Below, in pieces: positions 39,060 to 54,809 of a stretch of 64,000 nucleotides of DNA. This DNA comes from the human T2T-CHM13v2.0 reference genome, Homo sapiens. The notes below the pieces were generated by a model, which was given only the letters and a program-made list of their open reading frames with translations, ran no database searches and was not told where the DNA came from. The number at the start of each line of letters is the position of its first letter. Position 1 is the first letter of the stretch. A program made the position numbers and the translations under genes. The stretch lies in assembly GCF_009914755.1 (NCBI RefSeq), contig NC_060939.1; one strand, 5' to 3'.

Positions 39060-42000
39060 TAGTTCTTGTCAACTAGGGGTTCACCACCAGGAAAGCAGAA
39101 TGTAACCCAACAGATATTGGCTTGAGCCTTCATTGAAGCTTTTAGTCTCTAATTTTTTTTGTATGTGTTTTACTCCTTCTTGAAAAGGATATGTTAAAAT
39201 TTAAATACGTATGAAATTAAGAGATTTTGAAAGAAATACAGAATGTTTAGAAGAAGTAGAAAATGAACAAAAATAGTTGTCATAAGTGGAAAGTTAGAAT
39301 TTGGAGAACTTTTCGCTAATTTAAAAATGTTAGAAAATCTCAGAATTTTTTTCCTTTAAAGTGTCTACAATTATATGAACTAGGAAAATTGCATTCTTGA
39401 GTTTCTGTTTTCTTCTTATTTGTTTAAATGATATGATATTCTAAGATAAGCACAGTTGCATTGATAGTTGTTTTATTTTTAGCATTAATGATTTTTAGTA
39501 AGATGAATATTTTCTCTTAAATGTGCATTTGAAGGTTTTTGTGCATGCAATTCTAATATATGACCATATTCATCACTAGCTTTTTTTTTTTTTTTTTTTG
39601 CCAAATGTGTTTTCATCTTAATGATACAGACACACTGGGGAAATAAGTTTTTTTGTTTTTAATTAGAGTGGTCTAAGGCAAAATTGTGACCAAAGTGGGA
39701 TTGATCTTAGGTGCCTTTTTAACTCTAATTTCCTCATTTATCATTTAAAAATTATTGGATATATATAATATTCTAGTCATTGTGATAGGATAAACAAGAT
39801 AATTTATCTGATCTTAAAAAGTTCTCAGCCAGGAGAAATGAGGGGAAACTTTCTTGGATTAAGGAGACTTCCAGGAAAGAACAACTTGTGCAAAGATTGG
39901 ATGCAAGAAGAGCATGATACTTTTAAGGAACTGCAAGATTAAGTTGGAGTTCTTTCATTTCCTTCATTTAACCTACTGACTCCATGATATGGCTATGCAG
40001 GGATCCAAATCCACGTGACTTTCCCCTTAAGCAGCAGACTCAGATCAGGATCTTTCTGTTTTCTCCTCCCTTTTCATGAAAATTTTCTCCATGGTAGCTC
40101 TTGGTTGGAAGGAAACTAACATCTCTGTGTGAATGTTCACCATTGACTTATAGGAGATTGCACATGTTATCTTTCTTGGGGCTAGCCATACACAAAATGA
40201 GGGGCAGTGTCTAATGGGCCTTTAATGGTAGAATTTCAGGCAACAGCAACCTTGTTCTGGAGGTATTTTGGGGCCTCTCAAATTGCCCCTCCTAAGCAGC
40301 ATTTATTGTCGCCACAAGTAAGGCTAACTGTGCTTAAAAGAAATCCTGTTAATTTAAAGCTTTTATAAAAAACAAAAAATAAGTATATCCAGTTGTGAGT
40401 GATACCTGTGCCAATATATAAGAATTTGCTGTAATGTTATTCACATATCTATTAGGAAAACAGGTTTTCTTCTCTGTCTGATTACCTTGCTAAGTACAGG
40501 TAACCACCACTGACTTTGGTGATTCTCCGGACAGTACATAGATACACTCACTCAGAGAATAATGGCTGCAGTGATTTAAAACTGAGCTTCCTGTCCCATG
40601 AATACATTGTGGGCTGGCTGGCATGTGTCTTTCTGCTAACACACCTGTGGATTAAGATGTTTCCTATTGTAGGTCATAGGGGCTGGCGCCTACAGAGCTC
40701 CTGGTTTTAGCTTAGGCTTGTTTTACACATTATTGGGGATTAAACTTGTTGGTGCCAGTTCTATCTTTCCCATTAGATATTCATTAATAAAACTCCAGAT
40801 GCCCATTATTCATCACATCATAACATACTGGATGGCAGTTAATTCACCTAAAGTTTTCATATTTGATAACTTCCTTATTCATGTTAATTAGGTTACTTGG
40901 AATTTTCCATCAATCATGGCATCTCAGGCTTTGGCTCTTCTGAAAGAATTCATTTGTGAGACATATATTATACACTAGATGTACACAAGCAAAATTAAGT
41001 GTAGGATCCAATTTCAAGGATGACTCATGTCTGCTTTGACTGAAGTGGAGGGCACAATTTTGTTCCTTGGTAGATTCCGCCTCAAAAGAGAAAAATAAGG
41101 CTGAGAGCAATCACCTTTACCTCAGCTCACCTTACTCAAACCCCTGTGATTCATGGTGCTATGAGAAACAATTTATGTTCAAGGAGACTTTGAAAGGACA
41201 CTTATTGCAGGGAGCAGCGTGAGGTGAAAGCATAAAATCAGAGGGTTTGGATAGTTGAGTTCAGATCTGGCACTTTGAGTAGTATTGAGATTTTGTACTT
41301 TTATTCCTCATCCGTACACCCTAACAGCTAGAACTAATGTTCTCTTTGGATCATCCCAGCTCTTTAATGTAGTCGAAGTCTGTTAGCAAGAATGCTTGAG
41401 GTTTGGGGAAGTGTCATGTTTATTCTCTCGGCCTTCCTGTAAATATTCCCCATTTCTATTCACCTATATTCTCCATTTTAAAGAAATGCATTGTTCTTTT
41501 ATTCACAAGACTGTTTTCTCATTCTAACTTTAATCTAAAATGCATGCTCGGTTCTTCTCATTGTGACATAATTAAAGAAAATAGAGACTTGAAAAGAGTG
41601 AGAACATTGGTGGGGTGTACATTTTGCCTTTTGTCTACTGCTATCATTAGGAATGGTTACCACTTAGATACAGCATATTCCAGTGAAAGAGAAACTCAGC
41701 AGAGGACACAGGCTTAGGCTGCCTTTGTCCATGGTGCGGGGTGAGCACCTGAGCATGCTGTGGTTGGGCTATAACTATAGCTGTGTCTGCTCACTGGGCA
41801 GACTCAGCAGGCATCCTACTGGTTCCCGTTTCTTTGAGGTCAAGTAAATAAGTGATTCCTATAGCCCCAAATTTCTTCTTATGCCAACATGCTCCCAGGA
41901 TACTAAGTAGGTCACAATAGGACCCAGATAATAATTCATTTCAGGTTTCCAGGTTGCTAAGAGCACCAGCGATTTTCCTGTGTGTGGCCTGTATTCTCTT

Positions 42001-43450
42001 CAATCTTGTTCAGCTATTTCACTTCTGAGGTCTTGCTCTCAGATCTGCATATATTTACATGTTTTAGTCTGTAAGCTTTTTAGCTACAAATTACTTAAAA
42101 TAGAGGTCAGCCTCTGCCAATATAATTTTCTTTTTTTCCTTATTTGCTTACTCTAACAAATAAATAAAAACATGAATAAGAAGAAGAAAAAAATGAAGTC
42201 TTTGTATAGAAGTCCTTTAAGTATGGCAGTCAAGACAACTGTTGTTTTAATATTTCTACACAGAGGGCAGCATTGTATCTCAGCTTCTAACATGCTTTGC
42301 TCTAAGCTGATTTATCCCTACTGTGGATAGAAGGAAAATGGTACAACTCTAGGGTTAAATGACTTGTGATCTTTCCCAGTTAGGCTGGATTTCAAGACAG
42401 TATAAAGACTCAGAAAATTTTTCTGGACACTATTAAATCACTAACAGTGCAATCCGGGTTTCTGATATTCTCATCTTTGTTTTGTTAATAAAGTATGATC
42501 AGTAAAAATGAGTGGGTGCGGCCTTTCTACCTTCAAGGTCATTGTGACTCTTAACCAGCAAATCATATTTTTATGGTGATATTTTTCTTCTGAACTTGCA
42601 TTTTTTATATTTTCATCTATCTATTTAACTCTTATGTTACTATTTTAAAAATTACTTTCAATTTCAGTCTCCTTCCAGAGTTAGTACTATAAAACATCAC
42701 TCGAACTTTTCAAATACTTTCAGTTTTGTTTCCTTTTTAATGTTTACAATCAAAACTTTGTGCATGGGTTTGGGAATTAAGAAGAAATACTACCAATTTA
42801 TAAATTTAGTAAAATATCATGTGTTACACTTGTACTGCTAGCCCATATGGCACGTTCGTGGAAATTAGAAGAGGTCTCTCTTCCCTTAAGACATTTTCCT
42901 GCAGAACAATAGTCCTAATAAAGAAATCTGTGATGACTATGAATGGTTCTTCCTGGAGCTGGCCAGCACATAACCTGTACCACCATGTACAGGATTCTTT
43001 TTTTTTTTTTTTTTTTTTTTTATTGGAGTCCTTAACTTTTAAAAAACAATCTTTAACTAAGCATTGTTGTCCTAATTGTAACTGTACAGTTTCATCAAAG
43101 GAATGCCATCTTCATAGATTTACTAGGACTACTGAAACTTGAAATGCAGTTTGAAGTTTGATAGGAGATAGTGCTCCACCAATGACTGCAATGATCGCTA
43201 GCTAGGGTAAGAAAAATGAATCCCTCTCTTAGGCTGTAATGTAAAGCTGCTTTACTCACTGAAAAACAGCAGAGGCAAGAGGCCAATCTTTTCTGAAGAG
43301 ATTGCCTCCAGAAAAACGGAACCCCCATGTTAAATAGAGAACTCTGTCATACAAATCATGCACTATAGTGCATGATTATTTGGCACATTATAATCTGCAT
43401 TTGTGTAGTATTTAAAAATACATCTGATGATTAATAAATCATCCATGTGT

Positions 43451-43923
43451 TGCACACGTATGTTTATTGCGGCACTATTCACAATAGCAAAGCCTTGGAA
43501 CCAACCCAAATGTCCATCAATGATAGGCTGGATTAAGAAAATGTGGCACATCCATAGAATACTATGCAGCCATAAAACAGGATGAGTTCATGTCCTTTGT
43601 AGGGACATGGATGAAGCTGGAAACCATCATTCTCAGGAAACTTTCGCAAAGACAGAAAACCAAACACCACATGTTCTCACTCATAGGTGGGAATTGAACA
43701 ATAAGAACACCTGGACACAGGAAGGGGAACATTACACACTGGGGCCTATCGTGGGATGGGGGGAGGGGGGAGGGATAGCATTAGGAGATATACCTAATAT
43801 AAATGACGAGTTAATGGGTACAGCACACCAACATGGCACATGTATACGTATGTAACAAACCTGCACGTTGTGCACATGTACCCTAGAACTTAAAGTATAA
43901 TAAAAATAAAAAGTAAAAAAAAA
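43451..43923 (+). mobile_element. L1PA4/5-like 3' fragment (youngest L1 in the window)
   Basis: ggagatatacctaat..gagttaatggg..tgtgcacatgtaccctagaac; TSD catccatgtgt (43440-43450) / catccatatgt (43924-43934). Confidence 0.9.
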
Positions 43924-44214
43924 CATCCATATGTAATGACATATGGATATCAGAAAAAGGTTCTCTGAATAGTACTTACATCTGCAGGGTAGAATATTAA
44001 TATGTTTCCAAGGCTTGATTCATATTCTATTTCCAAAATCTGAACAACAGTAGATCAAATGTTTACCTGTATTAATGGCTTAAGTTAATTATCCCATTAG
44101 TTCTCAGAAGACCATAATGGAAATCAAAGGTTATGATCTAGATGTAATGCCTTTCTAGTTATATCCTATTATATATTAATGCTTTCGTTAGGGCTTTCTG
44201 GACAAAGTATAAAA

Positions 44215-44932
44215 AAGTCTCCCCATTGTTTACACTAGAGGATAAAGTCCGAATGCTTTAGCAAGGCACACAAAACTTCCCTGGCCAGGTTTACCATCTA
44301 GGCCTTTGTTAGTGTAAGCAGTTGTGTGAGAGGCCTGGGTTGTCTTCTGAGCAGGGAACTTCAGAATCTGGCTCATGCTATGAGTAGAAGAATGAAGGGG
44401 AGATAATGCTTGTGTCCTCCATAAAGGTGTGCTCAAGGATTTGAACTGAATTGGAAGAGGACATTCTACCATTAAGATGAGGTAGAACAGGAGAATGGGT
44501 TCTGAAGGCAGCACTTGCAGAAATTTCTGACGACTAAACATAGTCTGTGGGCAGAGTGTATTTAAAATTTTGGACACTTCCCTCTTCAACTCTTTCTCTC
44601 ATAACTCCCACCTTCACTGTATTTCAGCTGTAACAATTGGTATTTTTCCCTTTGCCTTGAAAAATCTTTCCATCATCTTCCACCTTATAAACATACTTTT
44701 TAAGAACCAAGTCAAACTTTACTTCTATGAACTATTCCTTTCTGCTAAACCTTATACAAACTTTGATCGTGGCATGTATCCTAAGACACTATAAGTATTT
44801 ATTTGCAGTTGGCCTCCTCTTATAAACTGTTAGCTCATTGAGGGCAGGACGGATTCTTCTTTAATCGGTGTATCCCTGTGGATGGAACCCACACTCAGTA
44901 AACTTTGTGGAATAAATAAATGAATAAATAAA
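44215..44932 (+). mobile_element. L2 fragments ending in the L2 3' tail
   Basis: aggataaagtccgaatgctttagc..actgttagctcattgagggcagga..gaataaataaatgaataaat; 44300-44550 is unassigned. Confidence 0.6.
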
Positions 44933-47239
44933 ACTTCTCATTATTGATATCTATACTCTGTTCTTATGCCAAAAAGCAGTCCCAATTTTATCATTGAGCC
45001 ACAAGTATTTATGGGAACCTTGAAGGTACCAAAGACTCATGCTTGCAGGTATTTTGGCAGATGCAATAGCTTACATATGAGACACAGACTTCATCATGGA
45101 TAAATTTGCAGCTTAATTTGGGAAACAAGATATATGTTTATGAAATCAGTAGGAAACATAGAAGATAGTGCTGATTTGTTTGGTAGAAACCGAGTTAGTA
45201 GTGAGTAAAAACAACAAGTGACCAGTACGTGGTTTGAAATAACTCCTTCTAGGAACTCCCTTACTATTAAAGCCTTGTGCTGGAGTAGATAAAAAAATAA
45301 AAGATCATAAGTGTGAAAAAAGAACCTCTTCATATTAATACTGGAATGAGTTTGAGTACTTAACAAGAGACAGTCGAAGTCCCTTACAACCCTGAGGTTT
45401 CTCATAACTATGATACAATAACCACATTGGGATAGATGATAAATGTCACTCCAGGAAAAGGAAGAATATGATAATATCTCAGAATATGTCTCTGTCATCA
45501 GCACCTGGGTCTCCTGGAGAACAAGCTAGTGGACAGTTGCACCAGTTTCTAATTTCCTCTCCTTTCATTTTGCTTGAGACAATGGTGTTTAGTGTCCAAA
45601 ATAGCCTTGGGAATAATTTTGTTCTTTCTCTTCCCAATTGGATTGTGTACACATTGCACTAGTTCTTACCGTTGAGGTGAAATTGCTAATCAGAAATCCC
45701 ACAACCTGTGGTAGGCCATTGCTAATCAGCATCACTCGTGTGGAGTGCTTGAGTCATTATTTGAAGCTGATTCAAAATCATATGATAATAAATTTCCATT
45801 TCTATAACCACCCATATATTTTCTAGTGTCACCAAATAGTTCTTTTTTTTCACAGTTTGTGGGGGATAATTACTTTCCTACGATGCTAGCCTATGAAAGG
45901 AAAAAAAAAAAGAGAATGTTATTGCCATCATAGTGCTGGGATCCCTATCATTTTATTTTTTGATTCCTACTTCACAGAAATAAGGACTGACAGAGGAGTG
46001 CATGACTAAAGAGCACTTTCTGAGTCAAGCATTTTAGTTCAGCACCCTGTGGCATCACTCACATCCAAGCCATGTGCTGAAATGGTGTGTGTACTTACAG
46101 TTCTGCCTAAATGTGGTAATTAAAGGGGGGAAGAGCCATTTGTTTCTTTCCTTTGATTTTTCAAGTTGAATTTATTTTTGTGTGGGTAGAAAAAAGAGAA
46201 CATATATTAGCAGAATTATTTTTTTTTCCATTTGTACTCTCATTTAGCTCAGCCATTTACTTCATTTTCAGATTATCTGTATAAATAAAGCCATTAAGGA
46301 AACATGCCTGGAGCAAGTAGAGACCATACAGACTCATACAGAGATGGAAATGCAGATGAGAGATTTTGTTAGCTAATCAGCTATCAACTGTTTTGACAAA
46401 GAAATGTATGGTTTTATTAAAATACCTGTATATATTTCCTTGTATACACTCTGACTCTTATTGCTGGATATTTCTGTAGAATGTGACATTCTTTCAAACC
46501 TCTCTTCAGCCAGTAAGTATTGCTGACAACAATCTAGGCTCTGGCACTGTTTGCGGTCACCCCTGGCTGCTAAGGGGAGCAATCTAGACCCTAGCACACT
46601 GCAGTTAAATTAAATTATCATAGAGATACAACATACACTGCTACATCATTCTAGCCATGAACACAGGATTGAAAAAAGATTGATAGACTACAGGAATGGA
46701 TCAACAAATAACTATGTGGGTGGTGCTGTTAGATATTTACTTCTGCAAATATTGATGTACATAAATGGAATGTTGCTTAAAGTTTGTATTTTCCCTAAAA
46801 GGAAAGGGTTGTTTCTACCCATAACTATCAGATATCAAGTATTAATGACAATGTGTTCATGTCTCCCACACATGGGCCCATGGGATATCTGGGGTAAAAC
46901 TTGCTTTCATGTAGCTAACCTGAAATAATCATAGGATGAGTTCACAGGCTCTGTGTGTTTAAGACTATTTGTTATTCTTGGAAAATGTTGCAGAAATGAC
47001 CCATTGGAAGATGATCAAAAAACATGCGTCTTTTGCTCAGCCCTGGAATATGGACCGGCATCTTTGAAAAATAAAAAGAGATGTAGTCGTAAAATACATA
47101 GGGGTGTGTCTATAATTATAGCCACCATTTAGTGTAATACATTACAAGAAGCAATTGCATGATGACACTGATATTTTTGTGTTTGTGGATGAAATATATA
47201 AATATTTTAGTTTTGAAAATCAAATGAACATGTGTTTTA

Positions 47240-47454
47240 TTTTTTATTTTACTTTGTTCCAGGATACATGTGCAGAACGTGCAGGTTTCTTACATAGGTA
47301 TACATGTGCCACGATGGTTTGCTGCACCTATCAACCCATCATCTAGGTTTTAAGCCCCACATGCATGAGGTATTTGTCCTAATGCTCTCCCTCCTGTTGC
47401 CCCACACCCCTTGACAGGCCCTGGTGTGTGATGTTTCCCTCCCTGTGTCCATAT
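47240..47454 (-). mobile_element. L1PA8-like short 3' end
   Basis: Perfect 15-bp TSD tgaacatgtgtttta at 47225-47239 and 47455-47469. Confidence 0.92.
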
Positions 47455-47582
47455 TGAACATGTGTTTTAATAAAAGAAAAGAAGTCGCTTAGTATTTCAA
47501 CATTTAACTCTTCATGTTCATATTGAACTTCTATGCACGAGTCTGAACAGCAAAGAAGTATATAAGACACAGTCATTTCTTT

Positions 47583-47887
<305 letters not shown>

Positions 47888-49519
47888 TAAGAAGATCTAG
47901 AGGGTGAGACCAACAAGTGATATAACTACAGATATATATAAAATGGAAAATTTTAGCCACATAAATCTTTGAAGTACACGAACATTTATTGTTTTGTTCA
48001 TAGCTGGGATAACTACAAAGTCCTCAGCTGATCTGGGCATTTTGAGTTCCAGTAGGATACAACATACCTACAGTTTTAATTGGTTTTCAAGAAATTCATC
48101 CAGATTGTAAAATATGATAGGTAATAATAATCATAAAACTGGACAGAAAAAAGTTCTTAAGGGCTCAGATTAAATGAGTTAAATCACACCATCCTGAAAT
48201 AGGTATGTGTCATGCAGAGGCAGTAAAATAAAAGAAGTGTGTATGTGAAGAGAATAAAGTGAGACACAAATATATTTTTATTGTGTATTAGTCTAATAGT
48301 AGAAGTGTTTCTCTGTCTTTTCTGTTTAAAAAATAGATGGTAGGACCTCATATAGTGATAAATTATGAAATAGCGTGTATTCCTCTCTCATCCCTATTTA
48401 CATTGGCATGTAAATTTTTTGCTATGACTAAATAAATCAAACACTAACAGCAGGTGTATGTCAATGTAGCTCTGAAAAAATGGTGCTGGTGCTTATGGCT
48501 AATAAAAATAGCTGTAATTAATATTACATCATGAAGGTATGGCATTGTCATGCTCAGGAATATTGGTTATTATCAGCTTTCATAGTTGGAAGAGAAAATC
48601 TTTTCAAATGGATGAATTGATGGAAACAGAGAAGATTCAAGTGCCCACATTACTGGCGACCAACTAATTTACCTAGCATGATTAAACAAGAGAAGCCTTA
48701 GTAATTACCTAACTCAATTCCTTTATTTTACAGTCAGGAAAAAAATGTAGTTATTTTATTCATTCATTCAACAAATATTTATTGAGTGTCAACTATGTGC
48801 TACTCATGTTCTAGGTGTTGGGAAGAGGCCTAAGAACAAATGGACAAGGATCTTTCTTTATGGAGCTGGCATGGTTGATTTGGGAAGGCCTCTTTGAAAA
48901 GATGGCATTCAAGCTGATAGATTAATGACAAGAAGCAGTCAGCTGGCAAAGTTTGAGAGAAAAGCATCCTAGGCAGAGTTCCTATTAGTGAAAAGTTGTA
49001 AGGCAGGAATAAGCCATGAATGACTGAGAAACAGAAAGAAAAAATGTTTTCTGTGGCTTAAGCATACGGAACAGGGGATCATGAAAGTTGAGGCAAGAGA
49101 GACAGGCAGGGGGCAAACATGTTAGCTTTATAAGCCAGGGTAGGAAATTTTGGATTTTTCTCTGATAGGCAGCCATTGGAAGATTTTTAAGCAGGAGAGT
49201 GACACAATACACATATACAGTGAAACGATACAGCTACTGTGCAGAGAATGGATCTAAGAAGGCAAGAATGGATGAAGAGTAGCTGGGTAGCCACTGTGTT
49301 AGTTCAAAGCACAGATGGTTATCTGGACTATGAGGATAAAAGCAGAGATAGAATTGTTTGTGTATAAAATATGTTTTAGGGCAGAATTATCAAGGTTACA
49401 TGAAAAATTGGATGTTGAGGGTGAACCAAATGTAGAAAATAAGAATCACTCCTAGGATTTTAGCTTGCATTGCTGGGGAGATAGTGCTGTTTTGGTTTTG
49501 TTTTTTTGTGTGTTTTAAA

Positions 49520-50255
49520 AATTGTTTTATTTTTATTTTTACTTTTTATTTTTCGAACTTTTATTTTAAGGGCAGGGGTACAAGTGCAGGTTTGTTACAT
49601 AGGTAAACTTTTGTCATGGGGGTTTGATGTACATATTATTTCATCACTCAGGTATCAAGCCTAGTACCCATTAGTTATTTTTCTTGATCCTCTCCCTCCT
49701 CCCACTTTCCACCCTCCAAAAAGCCCCAGTGTGTGTTGTTCCCCTCTATGTGTCCATGTGTTCTCATCACTTAGCTCCCACTTATAAATAAGAACATGTC
49801 ATATTTGTTTTTCTGTTCCTGTGTTAGTTTATTCATTATTCTTTGCTAAGAATAATGACCTCCAGTTCCATCCATGCCCCTGTAAAGTACATGATCTCCT
49901 TTTTTGTTGTTGTTGTTGCTGCATGGTATTCCATGGTGTATATGTACCACATTTTCTTTATCCAGTCTATCATTGATGAGCATTTAGGGTGATTTCATGT
50001 CTTTGCCACTGTGAATAGTGCTGCAATGAACATATGCATGCATATGTCTTTATAATAGAATGATTTATATTCCTTTGGGTATATACCCAGTAATGGCATT
50101 GCTGGGCCGAATGGTATTTCCATCTTTTGGCCTTTGACAATCGCCACACCTTTTTCCACAATGGTTGAACTAATTTACATTCCTACCAACAGTGTATAGG
50201 CATTTCTTTTTCACCACAATCTTGCTACTATCTGTTATATTCCGACTTTTTAATA
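49520..50255 (-). mobile_element. L1PA12/13-like 3' fragment
   Basis: ggggtacaagtgcaggtttgttacataggtaaac..cctagtacccattagttatttt. Confidence 0.82.
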
Positions 50256-50470
50256 AAGTTTCCTTTTGAATTGGGAGAGACCAAAGGAAGAGTAGGATTG
50301 GGGGAATCTCGTTTTTTGTTTTTGTTTTAGATATATGTTTCATACGGCTATGTGGAAATGTCACATAGACAGTCGATGTTAAGAGTCTGGCTTATGGATG
50401 ATGATTAGAACCACGTGACTGAGCTGAACGAATTCAAAGAGGCTAAAGCATGGATAGATAGAGAAGAAAT

Positions 50471-53116
50471 AAACCAACCAAAAAAAAAAAAAAGCCCAGG
50501 ACCAAACGGATTCACAGCCGAGTTCTACCAGAGGTACAAAGAGGAGCTGGTAACATTCCTTCTAAAACTATTCTAAAAAATAGTAAAACAGGAATTCCTT
50601 CCTAACTCATTTTGTGAGGCCAGCATCATCCTGATACCAAAACATGGCAGAGACACAACAAAAAAAGAAAATTTCAGGCCAATATCCCTCATGAACTTCA
50701 GTGCAAAAATCCTCAATAAAATACTGGCAAACCGAATCAAGCTGCACATCAGAAAGCTTATCCACCATGATCAAATCAGCTTCATCCTTGGCACGCAAGG
50801 CTGGTTCAACATACACAAATCAATAAACATAATCCATCACATAAACAGAACCAATCACAAAAACCACATGATTTCTCAATAGAGGCAGAAAACGCCTTTG
50901 ACAAAATTCGGCACCCCTTCATGCAAAAACTCTCAATAAACTAGGTATTGATGGGAAGTATCTCAAAATAATAAGAGCTATTTATGACAAACCCACAGCC
51001 AATATCATACTGAATGGAAAAAAGCTGGAAGCATTCCCCTTGAAAACCAGCACAAGGATGCCCTCTCTTACCACTCCTATTCAACATAGTATTGGAATTT
51101 CTGGCCAGGGCAATCAGGCAAGAGAAAGAAATGAAGGGTATTCAAATAGGAAGAGAGGAAGTCAAATTTTTTCTGTTTGCAGATGACATGATTGTATATT
51201 TAGAAAACCCCATCGTCTCAGCCCCAAATCTCCTTAAGCTGATAAACAACTTCACCAAAGTCTCAGGACACAAAATCAATGTGCAAAAAATCACAAAAAG
51301 TCCTATATACAAATAATAGAGAAACAGAGAGCCAAATCATGAGTGAACTCCCATTCACAATTGCTACAAAGAGAATAAAATACCTAGGAATACAACTTAC
51401 AAGGGGTGTGAAGGACCTCTTCAAGGAGAACTACAAACTACTGCTCAAGGAAATAAGAGAGGATACAAACAAAAGGAAAAATATTCCATGCTTATGGATA
51501 AGAAGAATCAATATCGTGAAAACGGCCATACTGCCCAAAGTAATTTATAGATTCAATGCTACCCCCATCAAGCTACCATTGACTTTCTTCACAGAATTAG
51601 AAAAAATACTTTAAATTTCATATGGAACCAAAAAAGAGCCCACATAGCCAAGACAATCCTAAGCAAAAAGAACAAAGCTGGAGGCATCATGCTACCTGAC
51701 TTCAAACTATAGTACAAGGCTACAGTAACCAAAACAGCATGGTACTGGTACCAAAGCAGATACATAGACCAATGGAACAGAACAGAGGCCTCAGAAATAA
51801 CACCACACATCTACAACCATCTGATCTTTGACAAACCTAACAAAAACAAGCAATGGGGAAAGGATTCCCTATTTAATAAATGGTGTTGGGAAAACTGTCT
51901 AGCCACGTGCAGAAAACTGAAACTGGACTCCTTCCTTATACCTTATACAAAAATTAACTCAAGATGGATTAAAGACTTAAACATAAGACCTAAAACCAGT
52001 AAAGCCCTAGAAGAAAACCTAGGCAATACCATTCAGGACATAGGCATGGGCAAAGACTTCATGACTAAAACACCAAAAGCAATGGCAACAAAAGCCAAAA
52101 TTGACAAATGGGATCTAATTAAACTAAAGAGCTTCTGCACAAAAAAAGAAACTATTATCAGAGTGAACAGGCAACCTACATGGGAGAAAATTTTTGCAAT
52201 CTATCCATCTGACAAAGGGCTAATATCCAGAATCTACAAGGAACTTAAACAAATTTATAAGAAAAAAACAACCCCATCAAAAAGTGGGCAAAGGATATGA
52301 ACAGACACTTCTCAAAAGAAGATATTTATGCAGCCAACAAACATGAAATAAAGCTCATCATCACTGGTCATTAGAGAAATGCAAATCAAAACCACAGTGA
52401 GATTCCATCTCATGCCAGTTAGAATGGCATTCATTAAAAAGTCAGGAAACAACAGATGCTGGAGAGGATGTGGAGAAATGGGAACACTTTTACACTGTTG
52501 GTGGGAGTGTAAATTAGTTTAACCATTGTGGAAGACAGTGTGGCAATTCCTTAAGGATCTAGAACCGGTAATACCATTTGACCCAGCAATCCCATTACTG
52601 GGTATATACCCAAAGGATTATAAATCATTCTACTATAAAGACACATGCACACGTATGTTTATTACACACTATTCACAATAGCAAAGACTTGGAACCAACC
52701 CAAATGCCCATCAATGTTAGACTGGATAAAGCAAATGTGGCACATATACACCATGGAATACTATGCAGCCGTAAAAAGGGATGAGCTCATGTTCTTGCAG
52801 GGACTTGGATGAAGCTGGAAACCATCATTCTCAGCAAACTAACACAGGAACAGAAAACCATACGCCACATGTTCTCACTCATAAGTGGGAGCTGAACAAT
52901 GAGAACACATGGACAGGGAGGGGAACATCACACACCGGGCATGTTGTGGGGTGGGGCAATAAGGGAGGGATAGCATTAGGGGAAATACCTAATGTAGGTG
53001 ATGTGTTGATGGGTGCAGCAAACCACCATGACATGTGTCTACTCATATAAGAAACCTGCACGTTCTGCACATGTATCCCAGAACTTAAAGTATAATAAAG
53101 TGAAAAAAAAAAAAAA
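50471..53116 (+). mobile_element. L1PA7-like 5'-truncated element (~2.6 kb; frameshifted ORF2 RT and C-terminus)
   Basis: ORF2 peptides at 50691-52300; TSD agagaagaaat at 50460-50470 and 53126-53136. Confidence 0.93.
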
Positions 53117-53977
53117 GAGAGAGAGAGAGAAGAAATGAAGGCCTAAGGACTGCAGAGGAGAAAGAGCCAGCGATAGAACCTGAAAAGCTGGATTAGTGAG
53201 TGGCATGCTGGGAAAAGTAGGAGATCATGGTGTCATGGAAGCCAGAAAGATGAGAATTGATATCTATGGCAAATGCTGCTGAGTTATCATTGGCTTTGGC
53301 AAAATGAAAATCACTGTTGGTTTGTCTGAGGGCACCCAGGTAGAACGTGCTTAAAGTATTTGTGATCTTCTTTTCCCCTCTACAAAAAACAGAAGTCTGG
53401 ATTCTGATTTTGAGGACTTCTTTTACATGTTAGTTGTATATCAATTATAAGGCTGACCCATATCATTGGAATATTGGATTAAATAAGGTTTTATATTAGC
53501 TTGCTTTTGATATCTTTTATCAGTTGAAGTTTTATCTACATTGTCTTATAACAACATCTGTTTTTTTTCTTTTTTTTTCTAAATAGGAAAAGAACCAAAA
53601 TTACCACGTCCCTTTAAAGAAAAGAGAAACCAGGGCAAAAGTAAGGTGATAGGAAACTTCTATAGGTAGTTGTTGTGAATTCAGTAATTAATGAGACTGA
53701 AACATGAGAATAGCTGATTCAGTTCCTATTACCCTTTTTGGATTCAGGCAGGAAAATGATGTCAAAAACATCTACTTCTGGAGCTCTCAGAAGTAAGCTG
53801 GGTATCTTTCAGGTAATGAAGCAAGACACATGGGCTGTTGTTTCCTGGAAGCTGCAACAATCACCGAAGTTTTTAGAAGAGAAGAGCTTATCTACAGTTT
53901 TCCCCTTCCTATGGTAATCCATCTTCTCATCAAAAATGATGAAACACAGTCAGCACTAAAAAGATCTAAAATAATTA

Positions 53978-54307
<330 letters not shown>

Positions 54308-54632
54308 TTATGGAAGGAGTAAAGTGAGTAAGTTGGATATACTCTGCCAAAAATGCTGCTTCATTCAGAGATCCGAAAACACACCTGATTCTGGTGATAT
54401 CTAGAACAATTGCATAGGATCTAAGTTCAAAGAACTTGACCCTAGTTAATTTGTTTTATAATAAATCCAGTTTATTAGAAGGACTTCAAAAAAGATTATT
54501 GCTTCTCCTGTTGAATCTAGGATCATGCCAAAGCTTCCCTGACAGACAGTACCTGACTCTTAGAGGCTTAAACTCTAAAAGGTTTACAACACTCCTCACA
54601 TCATACATAAAATATGACCTGAATGTAAATAA

Positions 54633-54809
<177 letters not shown>

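Larger units (their letters stand above)
48752..53325 (-). mobile_element. L2a-like element split by two L1 insertions (pieces ~48752-49495, ~50330-50470, ~53130-53325)
   Basis: attcattcattcaacaaatatttattgagtg tail and colinear L2-like continuation across the inserts. Confidence 0.75.

Noticed and set aside
42997-43021. Isolated poly-T runs (also 39581-39599) as retrocopy tails
   Set aside because: No adjacent retroposed body and no TSD could be identified
44230-45504. 119-aa and 136-aa minus-strand ORFs
   Set aside because: No recognisable domain, partly overlapping L2, and compatible with chance in 64 kb
46037-46058. REST/NRSE-like TTCAGCACC (similar half sites near 2996 and 45497)
   Set aside because: Only the left half site is present; the GGACAG right half is missing
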